Shown here in pieces: positions 19,220 to 29,317 of a stretch of DNA of 64,000 nucleotides. How positions within the stretch are numbered: position 1 is the first letter of the stretch; each line of letters opens with the position of its first letter. Made by a program: the position numbers and the translations under genes. This stretch comes from a candidate division WOR-3 bacterium (GTDB lineage: Bacteria; Hydrothermota; Hydrothermia; JBDRYB01), in the NCBI GenBank assembly GCA_039803205.1, contig JBDRYB010000006.1, positions 32,001-96,000 on the forward strand, given 5' to 3'. The notes under the pieces are model-generated. The model was given only the letters and a program-made list of their open reading frames with translations, searched no databases and was not told the DNA's origin.

Positions 19220-20821
19220 ATGACCGGAATCCTCTTGCTCATGTTATCAGCGGAACCGACCAGGTGCGCTACTCCCTTGGTATACGAGCGGCAGACCCAG
19301 GCCGCGCTGGTTCCGAAAACCTGGGGCAAAAGACCAAAAGCAGGGCCCAGCGAAGGGGACACGGTCCTCCTATGGGTCATGGACCTCTCGGTAATGCCGC
19401 CGGACTGGAAAAAGATACCATTCGTTTGCATGAGGGTCACCCAGGACGCATACATAATGGTTGATGCCGCGGCTCTAGATTCCGGGTATGTGACCACCAC
19501 GACCGTGGACTCCATAGAATCCGCTTTCCAGGACAAAAGCCTCGGGCCTTGGCCCGACACGGGAATATATGTCATAGACACCTCCGCTTTTGGCCCTCCG
19601 CCGGACGAGCTTGACGCTGACCCCAGGATATATCTCCTCTACTACATCATAGAGGGCTACATGGGATACCAATTTGATGGGTATTTCAACTTTGCGGACG
19701 AGTATCCGGACTCCGTGGCTTGGAATCATTGGGGGATGCACTCCAACGAGCGGGAGTGCATATACCTGGACTGCCACAATGAATCCCCCGCGACCCCGCG
19801 AATGCTCGGCGTCCTGGCTCACGAGTTCCAGCACCTCATACACTGGCTCGGGGATGCGGACGAAACACCCTGGGTCAACGAGGGTTGCTCTGAGCTCGCC
19901 ATGTTCCTATACGGAGCGCCTGACCCAATAGTTGAGTTCCCGGGCAATCCGGACAACAGCCTGGTCACATGGTCAACCGGCTTCTCCGACTATGTGAAGG
20001 TCTATCTCTGGACACTATACCTCTACGAGCAGTTTGATTCGGGCTTCGCGCTCACGAGGGCGCTCGTCGATGAGAACGCGAACTCTGTTTTCGGGGTGGA
20101 GAATGCCCTTTCTGGCCAGGGCGTGCCAGGAATGACCGAGGCCTTCTCCATGTGGGTCCTGGCTAATTACCTTGATGATACGGGAACCTACGGCTACTAT
20201 GGTGAGGACCTCCCACCCTTCGCTCACCAGGGGAGCTACAGCTCTTATCCAGTTGGGCCGGTCTCAAAAACAGTCCACCTTTGGGCCGCTGACTACATAA
20301 GGTTCACGAATGTTCCTGACGGCTTGCAGTTTACCTTTAACGGCCAAGATGGAAAGCATTTCTTTTTGCTTGCTATGCTCTTCGATTCGTCGGGACCGAC
20401 CATGATATATGACATCTCACCGTCAAACGCGAACCAGGACACAACCGTGTATTTCTCGGAGGTAGGTTATCAGTATTACAAAGCGGTTATCGCGATAGCA
20501 GGATATCCCGATCCCTTGTCCGGAGACTCGTCAAACCAGAGCTACACATTTTGGGCTAACGGGACAGGCACGGACGAAGGCTCACGCTCCGAAAAACTCC
20601 GCTTCTGGTCAGATGGAAAGGGGGTCTTCCTTGGCCTACCATATGAGGAAGCAGTATCCATCAGGGTCTACGATGCTGGAGGTCGGATGATCCAAGGGCT
20701 CCACGAAGGGACCCTTGCCGCCGGAAACCATGAATTCACCCTGGATCCGTGGCCAAGGGGCATCCGTTTTGTGGTTCTCAGATACGAGGGGAAGAACCTC
20801 AGCCTGAAAATAGTTCACTAA
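19220..20821 (+). CDS. Secreted zinc metallopeptidase (M30/gluzincin-like) with T9SS-like CTD
   Basis: LAHEFQHLIH plus WVNEGCSE; CTD VYDAGGRMI...GIRFV...LKIVH. Confidence 0.82.
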   Translation: MTGILLLMLSAEPTRCATPLVYERQTQAALVPKTWGKRPKAGPSEGDTVLLWVMDLSVMPPDWKKIPFVCMRVTQDAYIMVDAAALDSGYVTTTTVDSIESAFQDKSLGPWPDTGIYVIDTSAFGPPPDELDADPRIYLLYYIIEGYMGYQFDGYFNFADEYPDSVAWNHWGMHSNERECIYLDCHNESPATPRMLGVLAHEFQHLIHWLGDADETPWVNEGCSELAMFLYGAPDPIVEFPGNPDNSLVTWSTGFSDYVKVYLWTLYLYEQFDSGFALTRALVDENANSVFGVENALSGQGVPGMTEAFSMWVLANYLDDTGTYGYYGEDLPPFAHQGSYSSYPVGPVSKTVHLWAADYIRFTNVPDGLQFTFNGQDGKHFFLLAMLFDSSGPTMIYDISPSNANQDTTVYFSEVGYQYYKAVIAIAGYPDPLSGDSSNQSYTFWANGTGTDEGSRSEKLRFWSDGKGVFLGLPYEEAVSIRVYDAGGRMIQGLHEGTLAAGNHEFTLDPWPRGIRFVVLRYEGKNLSLKIVH

Positions 20822-20825
20822 CCCC

Positions 20826-20871
20826 AAAAGCCCCGGTTCAAATTTCGCTCACCTCTCAGACCGGGGTTTTT
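20826..20871 (+). terminator. Probable intrinsic terminator (possibly bidirectional)
   Basis: AAAAGCCCCGGT...ACCGGGGTTTTT just after the peptidase stop; the loop is unusually long (about 22 nt). Confidence 0.5.
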
Positions 20872-20877
20872 CAGTTC

Positions 20878-20976
20878 GGCTTGGGAAATCTTGAGGTGCC
20901 CACGAATCAGCCCCGTCGCTGAGCCAAGGGGCTAATCCGAACACGATAGCTTGTTGCATCACCAGATTCCCCTGCC
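20878..20976 (-). ncRNA. Candidate structured RNA (rod with internal bubble), family unassigned
   Basis: Minus-strand stems GGGGAAUCU/AGAUUUCCC, GGUG/CACC and GGAUUAGCCCC/GGGGCUGAUUC. The G-U wobbles would be A-C mismatches on the plus strand. Confidence 0.35.
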
Positions 20977-21014
20977 TTAAAATTTCCCGCGAACCCGCAG
21001 AGGAGGGAAAAGAA

Positions 21015-21653
21015 ATGAGGAACTTTCTGCTCCTGAGCATGGTGTTTCTGGCTCTGGTTGGCTGTAAAAAGAAGCCAGAAGGGCCGGACGAGTTCACGAA
21101 GGCGTATCTTGCGGCTGGGGACCTGGGCGCGGAGGATCCTGAGCTGGGCGCTGATAGCCTGTATTCCCTTTACAAGAACAACCCCAAGTATCCTGACGAG
21201 GAGAGGTTGAGGGAGTGCCTTTTCCTCTCAGCGAACTGGGTCTACGGGAAGATAAGCCAGGTGAGTGAAAAGGACACAGCTGAGCAGACAAGGCTCATGA
21301 GGAAGGCCGCGGCCAGATACCAGGAGTTCGTTGAGAAGTATCCCACAAGCCCCAAGGCTGGCCAGGCATACAAGGACCTCGCTTACTGCCTCTTCATACT
21401 CAAGGACTACAGGGGTTGCATTAATGTCTGCAACACCTGGATAAACGACCCCCTCGCGTCCGCTTCCCCTTATCTCCCATACGCTTACAAATACGCCGGC
21501 AGGGCTTATACCTACCTGAACAAGAAGGACAGCGCCATAATATACCTGAAGGAGGCATACAAGCTCTTTGATGCCCAGGCATTCCTAGGAGAGGCAAAGG
21601 CCATGGAGGAGGACCTGAATAAGCTCGGCGTTAAAAAGCCATACTATAAGTAA
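21015..21653 (+). CDS. TPR lipoprotein (BamD/CpoB-like helical repeats)
   Basis: Lipobox ALVG-C; YQEFVEKYPTSPKAGQAY TPR pattern; GAGGAGG RBS. Confidence 0.75.
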   Translation: MRNFLLLSMVFLALVGCKKKPEGPDEFTKAYLAAGDLGAEDPELGADSLYSLYKNNPKYPDEERLRECLFLSANWVYGKISQVSEKDTAEQTRLMRKAAARYQEFVEKYPTSPKAGQAYKDLAYCLFILKDYRGCINVCNTWINDPLASASPYLPYAYKYAGRAYTYLNKKDSAIIYLKEAYKLFDAQAFLGEAKAMEEDLNKLGVKKPYYK

Positions 21654-21690
21654 AACGAAACCTATTTTCATTATCGCTCGCTTGAAATAG

Positions 21691-22296
21691 ATGCGGGTTA
21701 TTTTGGTCAGACACGGCAAAACTCGCTGGAACGAGGAGGGAAGGCTGCAGGGGTGGAAGGGCGAAGCCCTCTCAGAAAGGGGGCTGAGAGAGGTTGAGGA
21801 GCTCTCGGAAAGCCTATCACAGTTAAAGCCTGAAGCAGTTTATTCATCGGACCTCCGGAGAGCGGTCCAGACAGCGGAAATGCTCATGAGATTGAACTCA
21901 TGGAGGGCCCCCCATGTAATCGATCGCCGTCTAAGGGAGATAAACCACGGCCTGTGGGAAGGCATGAGGGTCTCGGAGATAATGGACCTCAAGAACATGC
22001 AGACGGTTGAGGGGTTCAGGCCCCCAGGAGGGGAGAGCTTTCGGGATGTGGCCGAAAGGGTCTCAGGGTTCATCTCGGATCTCAGGTCCACTGGCCACAA
22101 AGAGGTCATCGTTGTCGGCCATCAGGTATCAAACGCTGTTTTCTCGCTCCTGGCCATGGGCTTCTCCCCTGACCACAGGGTCTTTGACCTCCTCTCAGCT
22201 GGGATGGTCTCCTCGCTGGGCCTCCTCGCTAACTCCGGCAGGAACCTCATGAGCCTCGTGCAATTCAACACCCAATTTGAGGAGATAAGGCTTTGA
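21691..22296 (+). CDS. Histidine phosphatase (PGAM family)
   Basis: LVRHGKT, YSSDLRRAVQTA, LREINHGLWEG, GGESF, VVGH. Confidence 0.92.
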   Translation: MRVILVRHGKTRWNEEGRLQGWKGEALSERGLREVEELSESLSQLKPEAVYSSDLRRAVQTAEMLMRLNSWRAPHVIDRRLREINHGLWEGMRVSEIMDLKNMQTVEGFRPPGGESFRDVAERVSGFISDLRSTGHKEVIVVGHQVSNAVFSLLAMGFSPDHRVFDLLSAGMVSSLGLLANSGRNLMSLVQFNTQFEEIRL

Positions 22297-23840
22297 AGAG
22301 CAGGCTCGCGACAATAGGGAACTGGCTCGGGGATAGCCTGGTCGTTCTCTCGGGGTTGTGGATAGTTTCGGTTTTGATTCTCAGGGTATCTCAGGGGCCC
22401 ACAGGATTCGTTTTCGGGATAAAATTTTCCTTGATGGACATTCCAGGAACCGTGCTTCTGGCTACTGGGATGGGGTTCTTGGGCCTATCCATCTCAAGGT
22501 GGAGAAAGCACATGGGTAGGCTGGCCGCCGCGATCGGAAGGACTTGGTGGTTTCCCGTTGGTTTCTGGATAGCGCTTTCCCTCTCGTGGTGGCTCGTGAC
22601 CATGAACAACATCCGGACCATGGCAATATGGGGATTAGACACGGCTATATTTGAGAACATATTTTACAGGATATCAAGAGGAGACCCATACCTTGAGTTC
22701 ATGGGCATCCATCACCCTTACTTCATTTTTTATCCCATGGGGCTCCTCTACAGGTTCACTGGCCTGGCTGGCCCTATCCTCCTCCACAAGGTCTTGATGT
22801 TCTCATCGGTTCCTTGTGCCTGGCTCCTGGCAAGGGAGCTTGGCCATGACGAAGAGGGCACTGGTCTGGTTATACTGCTCATCGCGTTAATGCCAACCCT
22901 CTGGTGGATGGGAGGGGACGCGCCTTATCCGGATGTTTGTTTTCTGTCCTTGGGGATACTCATGGTTTGGGCTGGCCTCAGAGAGAACTATGCCCTTGCT
23001 GCGGCATTGGGCTTGGGGATGCTTCTGAACAGCGAATCAGGCGGCCTTGTTCTGGCCTGCACGGGAGCCGCCCTGGCTATAATGACCAAAAGATGGGCCT
23101 GGCTCTGGCTCGTCCCGGTCGGATTGGCGTCTGTTCCAATAGCCTTATGGTTTCAGGATAAGGTAGCTCCAGAGAGGGCAGGGGCCAGGCTCTTATATCG
23201 TTACGGCATAGATAGCATCACACCTGCATCCCTTCTTGGAGTTGGATTGAGGGTCTTTTGGCCATCAAGGCTTTACGCCCTCATCAGGCTGTTTCTGCAG
23301 GCAGGCCATCTTCCGTTCCTCGGCTTGCCCATATCAGCGCTCGCCATTATCCCAGCGGCCCCGCAACTCGCTGTAATAGCCCCAGGAACGAACCAAGCGA
23401 AGCTGGGGCTTTATCACGGATTCTATTCCCTTCCCCTGATCGCCATCGGGGCCATATGGGCGCTCAGGCGGTTCAGGAACCCTGTCCCTCACGGCCTCAT
23501 TGCCATCAGCGTTTCCCTCCTCAGCGGGATGAGGCTCTACAGGTTCTCTCCGCCTGAGGGTTTCGTAAAGAGGTGCGAGGAAGTAGCCTCGCTCGTTCCA
23601 AAGGGTGATTCGGTTGCCGCTTCCCCGTATATCTCTCTAAAGCTCTCCAGAAGGCCGTATCTCAGGATAGTCAACAACTCGGACGAGCTAATGGAGGAGC
23701 TCGGCCGGACGAGGCCCTGGGTCGCTCTTGAGGCACGCGGTTTCCGGGACATGAACGAAGCGGATTCCCTTCTTCTTCCCCGTGGCTACGAGAGGGTTTT
23801 CGCTGATACCTGCTTTGTCGTATGGAAGCCGCCAAAATAG
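22293..23840 (+). CDS. DUF2079-like membrane protein (GT-C-like)
   Basis: DTAIFENIFY loop, many TM segments, YHGFYS, C-terminal VPKGDSVAAS...LSRR. Confidence 0.65.
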   Translation: MKSRLATIGNWLGDSLVVLSGLWIVSVLILRVSQGPTGFVFGIKFSLMDIPGTVLLATGMGFLGLSISRWRKHMGRLAAAIGRTWWFPVGFWIALSLSWWLVTMNNIRTMAIWGLDTAIFENIFYRISRGDPYLEFMGIHHPYFIFYPMGLLYRFTGLAGPILLHKVLMFSSVPCAWLLARELGHDEEGTGLVILLIALMPTLWWMGGDAPYPDVCFLSLGILMVWAGLRENYALAAALGLGMLLNSESGGLVLACTGAALAIMTKRWAWLWLVPVGLASVPIALWFQDKVAPERAGARLLYRYGIDSITPASLLGVGLRVFWPSRLYALIRLFLQAGHLPFLGLPISALAIIPAAPQLAVIAPGTNQAKLGLYHGFYSLPLIAIGAIWALRRFRNPVPHGLIAISVSLLSGMRLYRFSPPEGFVKRCEEVASLVPKGDSVAASPYISLKLSRRPYLRIVNNSDELMEELGRTRPWVALEARGFRDMNEADSLLLPRGYERVFADTCFVVWKPPK

Positions 23841-23873
23841 GCCGGGCGCGTAAATCAGCGTTATAATTTTCCC

Positions 23874-25973
23874 ATGATAGCGTTCCTCCTCTCGTTAACC
23901 TGGACAAGCTACACGAACCGCAACGGCGTTCTTGACATATGTCCAGCCTCAGACACCCTCTATCTCGCCACAACAGGGGGCCTCGTGGTCTATTGGCCAG
24001 GCCACGGTGTCATTGCCGAACACACGAACATCCAAGGGCTTCCTGGGGTCGTCTTGTCCGGCGTCGCCCTGGATGGAGAGGCTAGGCCGTGGGTTCTGTG
24101 TCTGGGGGAGGGAATAGCGTATTGGGATGGGACGGAGTTCCAGAGGTATCCCCTTTACTCGCTTCCGATAAGCAATCCGGATAACATACGCTACGCCAAC
24201 GGTATATGGGCCAGGGGAAGGTGGGTCTATGTCGCGACAAACGAGGGGCTTTTGGTCCTGGACACGAAGGGAACCTCGGACACCCTTGACGACGGAAGAA
24301 GGCTCCTCTCGTTCTTTGACAAGGATACCGTATACACCCTTTACTTCTACAAGGACAGCGTCATAGCTGGTGGAAAGGGGGGCGCGTGGACAACTGATAC
24401 AGCCTCAATCCTGAACGAATCCTCCTGGGATCAGATATACCCATATAGGCCGGTCTTCGCTGTCCTCGTGAGCGATACATCCGTATATCTTGGAACGGAC
24501 AAGGGGCTGAGAAGGCTCAACGATCTTCTCATAGGCGAGGCCATTAGGGTAATAAGGATAGCTGAGCACGAGGGGAGGATATATTTCAACACCTACAATA
24601 AGGGGGTCTGGAGATACATCCCGAACCCGGAAATGGACCAGTTTAGCGAGGATACCCTCTGCCCTATAACGGACACGACCAAAAGGATATTCATGTGTCC
24701 CAGGGGCCTCTACGCTGGCCCAGCTGGGATATGGGTGGGTTTTGGCTGGCCCTACATAGATGACCTGGCCCCTCAGCTCTTCACCGGGGGATTCGCCAAA
24801 TACGAGGAGGGAAAGTGGAAGTTCAGGGGCTTTGGGGATATCGGGTTTGGGGTGGTGGGCGCGATGGCGAGGACGCCGGACGGTGCCATATGGATAGGAA
24901 CCACGCAACCAGGACAATATCCTGTTTCCTGCATGCGTTTCAAGGATGGGGTCTGGGACACGCTTTGGGCCATAAGGCACATAACATCATTCAAGGTCAC
25001 GAGAGGGGGAAGGCTCTTCGCTGGCTCTTGGGGCCAGGGGGTTTACGAGGTGGACACGGCCGGAAATGTCATCCGGCAGTATGATGAGAGTGAGGGTCTC
25101 AGCCCTCCGTATGTCGTTTCTTTGGGGACCGACCTGGCCGGAAACATCATAGTGGGGGTGATGGGCAATGTCTGCGCTTTCAGGATAAGGGATACGCTCG
25201 TGGAAAACTTTCAGGGACTCTATCTGGACAATACGCCGAATGTGGTTGAGATGGCTCCGGACGGCTCGCTTTGGATAGGCACATCCTCAGGCATTTACAT
25301 CTTCTCGGAGTCAGGGGGATCGTGGCATCAGACAGGCACCATAACCGGCGGCCTCCCTTCCCAGAACATAACATTTCTGGAACGCCACAAGGACAGGATG
25401 TATGTGGGGACAGCCGGGGGCCTCGCGATCTGGAGGGAAGGCTCAATGAAAACCTGCCTGGCTGGCAAAAACATCAACTGCGTGGAGCACGAGGCTAACG
25501 GGAGGATGTGGGTCTGGACAGCCGAGGGCCTTTATAGAACCGACAGCCTTGGCGGCGTGCTGGAGTCATACACGCCCGGCTCAAGCCTCCTGGTTGGTGA
25601 TGGGGAGGGCCTCGGCGATTATCCCATAGCCGATGCCATGGTCTTGGCCCCTGAGGCGGACCAGCTCTGGGTTGGCACGGACAAAGGCGTGTCCGTTCTC
25701 TGTGGTATAGGGGCCAGCGAAGGCTGGGTTAAGGGGCTTTACCTGTATCCGAATCCGCTTCACCTGAATCACGGCAAATACAGGTTTTACATCCCGGACG
25801 CGCTTCTGGGCTCATCGGTCTGGGTCTATACCGTTGATAGCAAGCAGGTAACATCAGCCGTTCTGGGCCCTGAGAGGGCGGTTGACCTCCCGAAGAGCAT
25901 AGCCCCTGGGCTTTATCTCGTCCTGGTCAAGAATGGGGATGAGTCCGTTGTCCTGAAGCTGGTTGTGATGTAG
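23874..25973 (+). CDS. PorZ-like two-component-regulator-propeller protein with T9SS CTD
   Basis: Repeated W(V/I)(G/A)TxxG blades; CTD YLYPNP...VYTVDSKQV...PGLYLV...KLVVM. Confidence 0.7.
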   Translation: MIAFLLSLTWTSYTNRNGVLDICPASDTLYLATTGGLVVYWPGHGVIAEHTNIQGLPGVVLSGVALDGEARPWVLCLGEGIAYWDGTEFQRYPLYSLPISNPDNIRYANGIWARGRWVYVATNEGLLVLDTKGTSDTLDDGRRLLSFFDKDTVYTLYFYKDSVIAGGKGGAWTTDTASILNESSWDQIYPYRPVFAVLVSDTSVYLGTDKGLRRLNDLLIGEAIRVIRIAEHEGRIYFNTYNKGVWRYIPNPEMDQFSEDTLCPITDTTKRIFMCPRGLYAGPAGIWVGFGWPYIDDLAPQLFTGGFAKYEEGKWKFRGFGDIGFGVVGAMARTPDGAIWIGTTQPGQYPVSCMRFKDGVWDTLWAIRHITSFKVTRGGRLFAGSWGQGVYEVDTAGNVIRQYDESEGLSPPYVVSLGTDLAGNIIVGVMGNVCAFRIRDTLVENFQGLYLDNTPNVVEMAPDGSLWIGTSSGIYIFSESGGSWHQTGTITGGLPSQNITFLERHKDRMYVGTAGGLAIWREGSMKTCLAGKNINCVEHEANGRMWVWTAEGLYRTDSLGGVLESYTPGSSLLVGDGEGLGDYPIADAMVLAPEADQLWVGTDKGVSVLCGIGASEGWVKGLYLYPNPLHLNHGKYRFYIPDALLGSSVWVYTVDSKQVTSAVLGPERAVDLPKSIAPGLYLVLVKNGDESVVLKLVVM

Positions 25974-26003
25974 GGCCTGGTGTCGGCGTGCTCGCCCCGT
26001 GCC

Positions 26004-27677
26004 CTATCCAGGAAGCATGTCCACTCCTCTGAGGAGAAGGGTTCCTCGCCTTATGGGAGTATCAGCCTCAACCTTGAATACTATATCAACCATATCCCCT
26101 GGCCTGAGGGAGACCCAGGCAGGATGGGGGGTTGAAAAGCTCACCAGCGCCTCAACATCGTTCTGATCCGCGAGGATGCTGAGGATGGAGCCGATCTGTT
26201 CAATTGACCTTATCCTAACTCCCCGGGCCAGAAAAACAGGCGCCCGGTTTCCGAAAGCGAAGGGGGTAAGCTTGTTGTAATCCCTGTAGAATGTTATGCT
26301 CATCTCCTCAAATGTCACCGTCGTATCTATCTCAACCGATGGCGAAAGGTCAAGGTTTGCCATCTTCCTCTTGGCTATCTCCTCTATTTTTTCCTTGAAC
26401 TCCTCTATGAACTTGTTTGGGATGGTGAAACCAGCGGCCATTGGGTGGCCTCCGAAATCATCAAAAAGATACGCTATCTCCTCAAGGGCTTCCTGAATGT
26501 GAAATCCTGGGATGGAACGGGCAGAGCCGCGAGAGGAGCCGTTCGCGCTCCTGGCTATTAGGGCTATTGGCCTGTTATATTGCTCTGAGAGCCTTGATGC
26601 CACTATGCCTATAACGCCCTCATGCCAGCCAGAGGAATCAGCAACCATGAACATCCTATCCTTCTGGGCCATGAGCATCTCCTTCGCCTCAGCGAGTATC
26701 CCGCGCTCTATGGACTGCCTTCTCTGATTCTCGCCCTCAAGGAACTGAGCGAGCGAGAGCGCTTCCGACCCAGAGGTGGTGATGAGGAGCTCAAATGACT
26801 TGTAGGCGCTGGTGAGCCTTCCAGCCGCGTTCAGCCTCGGAGCGAGCACATAGGATATGTGCCAAGGCTTTATGTCGCCGCTCACCCTTGCTGTGTGAGC
26901 GAGTGCCTTGAGGCCAGCCTTCAGTGTGTTTGAGAGAACCTTTATCCCGTATTCAACCAGGATGCGGTTTTCCCCGATTATGGGCGCGACATCCGCAACG
27001 GTTCCCAGGGCAACGAGATCAAGATCCCATAGGAGGGGCTTCGGATCAGCGCCCATTATCTCATAGAGGTAAAGCAGTAGCTTGAAAACCACACCAACGC
27101 CCGCCAAGTCCCTGAACGGGTAATCCCCAAGCCTGGGATTCACCAAAGCCAGAGCATCAGGAAGCTCTGATATGGGCTCGTGGTGATCCGTAATTATTAG
27201 ATCAATTCCGAGATCCCGCGCGAGGCTCGCCTCTTTCAACGCGGTTATGCCGCAATCAACGGTGATGATCAGGGATGCGCCCTCATCCGAGGCCCTTTGG
27301 ATCCCCCCCTCGGAAAGCCCGTATCCCTCGGAAAACCTGTCCGGGATGTATGGGATGACCCTTGTTGCCCCGAGCCGCTTCAGGTTCCTGTAAAGCAAAG
27401 CGAGGCCAGTTACCCCATCGGTATCGTAATCCCCGTGGATGAGTATGGTTTCATCCCTCCTTATTGCTCTGGCCATGCGCTCTGCGGCCTCAGAAACGCC
27501 GGAGAGCTGCTCAGATGGTATTATGTCGTTGAAGTCCTTCTCCAAAAAAACCCTTATCTCCTCCAATGATGATAGTCTCGTCGCCAGAACCCTCGCTATT
27601 GCTCCGTGTATTCCGAACGCCTCAAGTATGTCTCGCCAATAAAGCTTATCTTCCTTGAATTTCCAACGGAATTTCAC
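26004..27677 (-). CDS. recJ: Single-stranded-DNA exonuclease RecJ
   Basis: HGDYDTDG, IPDRFSEGYG, TVDCG, TDHH, LGTVADV, APRLNAAGR, GSARS, FGGHPMAAG. Start revised to GTG 27677, 6 nt after TACAAT. Confidence 0.94.
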   Translation of the reverse strand: MKFRWKFKEDKLYWRDILEAFGIHGAIARVLATRLSSLEEIRVFLEKDFNDIIPSEQLSGVSEAAERMARAIRRDETILIHGDYDTDGVTGLALLYRNLKRLGATRVIPYIPDRFSEGYGLSEGGIQRASDEGASLIITVDCGITALKEASLARDLGIDLIITDHHEPISELPDALALVNPRLGDYPFRDLAGVGVVFKLLLYLYEIMGADPKPLLWDLDLVALGTVADVAPIIGENRILVEYGIKVLSNTLKAGLKALAHTARVSGDIKPWHISYVLAPRLNAAGRLTSAYKSFELLITTSGSEALSLAQFLEGENQRRQSIERGILAEAKEMLMAQKDRMFMVADSSGWHEGVIGIVASRLSEQYNRPIALIARSANGSSRGSARSIPGFHIQEALEEIAYLFDDFGGHPMAAGFTIPNKFIEEFKEKIEEIAKRKMANLDLSPSVEIDTTVTFEEMSITFYRDYNKLTPFAFGNRAPVFLARGVRIRSIEQIGSILSILADQNDVEALVSFSTPHPAWVSLRPGDMVDIVFKVEADTPIRRGTLLLRGVDMLPG

Positions 27678-27723
27678 CCTTATATTGTAAGGCCTGGCTT
27701 TGCGCGTGGACAAACAGCGCGGA

Positions 27724-28809
27724 TCATAATCCGTAGAGAAAGGCCAAGGCCAGCACGAGGTCTGAGTCCCTGCCTGTCATGAAATACGGCCCGTTATAGA
27801 GCAAGTCCTCGCTCACGGTAGCGTCAAGCCTCCCCGGGCCAAATGCTATGCCCATGCCAAAACTGCCGACGAATCCGGACGAACCCACGAAGACATACGG
27901 GTTATTCGGATCGATCATCCTCTCTTCTCTGTAGATAAAGAGAAACTTGGACATATTTGAGCGCATTATGAACCAAGGGCCCAGCCTCATCTCAGAACCA
28001 AAACCCGCAAGGAGCCTTGCCTCATCAATTCTCTCCTCGCCGTTCCCGCGCCTCCTGTAGGCGTCAAGCGTTAGGCCTCCTGCCACGAAGGCCATATCCA
28101 AAGGATTCCCGTTTACCCCAAAAAACAGGCTACCGCCGGTCATCAGATCGGGCATCGCGGAATCCCCTATCTTCTTGCCGCTATTGTTCCTGTAGATTTT
28201 TGAACCCGCTATTATCTTCAGGCCCCCAGAGCTCGCGTATCTCAATCCAAAATGGATGTTGGAGAGCTCGGATAAGGGCTGAAGAACGCTGTCCGGGCCC
28301 GAGGAATTATCCGAGTAGGAGCTGAGGCTGATGTTGGCGAAAGCGCTAATGTGTCCTCGGCCAAGAGGCAGGATGAGCCCTGGGGAGAAGGAATATCTGT
28401 TTCCCTCTATGGTGTAGGAGGTATCCCCCTCCCTGTGAAACGCGTAACCGAGCCTCAGCCCCCAACCGAATCCCTTCCCTGAGCCAACGGCCAGTGTCAA
28501 ACCGTAGGCATTCCTCTCGTCCGTTATCGTCGGGAAGGTGTAAACCGGGTTGTTCAGATAGAAACCGAGGGAACCGGGGCCCTTCTCAACCAAGATGCCG
28601 CCGTATGCCTTTCCGAAAGCAAGGTCTTGCTGTGTTTTCATCTCGGTCACCGATAGGTCCGCGAAACGGGTGATATAGGCAGGGTTATCCTGGATAACGA
28701 GCGCCTCGTCGTCCAAGATGAACTGATAAAGGTTTCCCATGCCAGCGACCCTCGTCTCCGTTGCCAGAGCCAACCCAACGAGAACCAAGGGGGTAAGTAT
28801 GCTTCGCAT
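27724..28809 (-). CDS. Outer-membrane beta-barrel protein
   Basis: Signal peptide then TETRVAGMG...NPAYI; amphipathic strands; AGGAG RBS before ATG 28809. Confidence 0.65.
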   Translation of the reverse strand: MRSILTPLVLVGLALATETRVAGMGNLYQFILDDEALVIQDNPAYITRFADLSVTEMKTQQDLAFGKAYGGILVEKGPGSLGFYLNNPVYTFPTITDERNAYGLTLAVGSGKGFGWGLRLGYAFHREGDTSYTIEGNRYSFSPGLILPLGRGHISAFANISLSSYSDNSSGPDSVLQPLSELSNIHFGLRYASSGGLKIIAGSKIYRNNSGKKIGDSAMPDLMTGGSLFFGVNGNPLDMAFVAGGLTLDAYRRRGNGEERIDEARLLAGFGSEMRLGPWFIMRSNMSKFLFIYREERMIDPNNPYVFVGSSGFVGSFGMGIAFGPGRLDATVSEDLLYNGPYFMTGRDSDLVLALAFLYGL

Positions 28810-28887
28810 CGCTGTGCTCCTTTTGTTTGCGGTGGATATTATAACCCGGGCCCGCTCCCGGAAAAAAGCCGTTGGGGAACGCGGCCC

Positions 28888-28916
28888 TTGACAATCCACC
28901 CAAAAAATGTTATATA
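28888..28916 (+). promoter_or_regulatory. Sigma70-type promoter TTGACA-17-TATATA with extended TG
   Basis: Perfect -35 box; TGn before an imperfect -10; GGAGGT RBS follows. Confidence 0.5.
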
Positions 28917-28936
28917 TAACCAAGAGTGGAGGTTAT

Positions 28937-29317
28937 ATGAGGATAAGGGAATTTAAAACTGCTGTTGAAAACTTTAGGGTAGGCGTTCCCGGCCTTGTTG
29001 GCCTCTTCATATTTGATCGGCATAGGAGCCTTCTTCTTTACGGAGGAAGCGACGATATCGCATCATCCCTCGGTGAAATTTCCTTCTGCTACGCGAGGCT
29101 GGCCCGGAGCCTGGAAAAAGCCAATGCTTGCCGGAAGGATATGGGCGCCATAAAGAGGATTGACATCGTTGCCAAGAGGATGACCGTCTCCGCGAGCCTG
29201 ATCTCGGACGAGCACATAGTGATCGGGGAATGCGTTGGCCAGAAGGGGCTTGGAGTATTGGTCCATGGGATTCCCTTTCTCGGAAAGATCATGAGGAGGT
29301 TCAAAGATGAACGATGA
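28937..29317 (+). CDS. Roadblock/LC7 (MglB-like) domain protein
   Basis: About 126 aa; helix-VPGLVGLFIFD-helix-three strands-GLG-helix layout. Confidence 0.5.
   Translation: MRIREFKTAVENFRVGVPGLVGLFIFDRHRSLLLYGGSDDIASSLGEISFCYARLARSLEKANACRKDMGAIKRIDIVAKRMTVSASLISDEHIVIGECVGQKGLGVLVHGIPFLGKIMRRFKDER

Noticed and set aside
20830..20866. TPP riboswitch (minus-strand CTGAGA...TTTGAACC) or tRNA T-loop (GGTTCAAAT)
   Set aside because: No downstream TGAT...GCGTAGGGA core and no cloverleaf.
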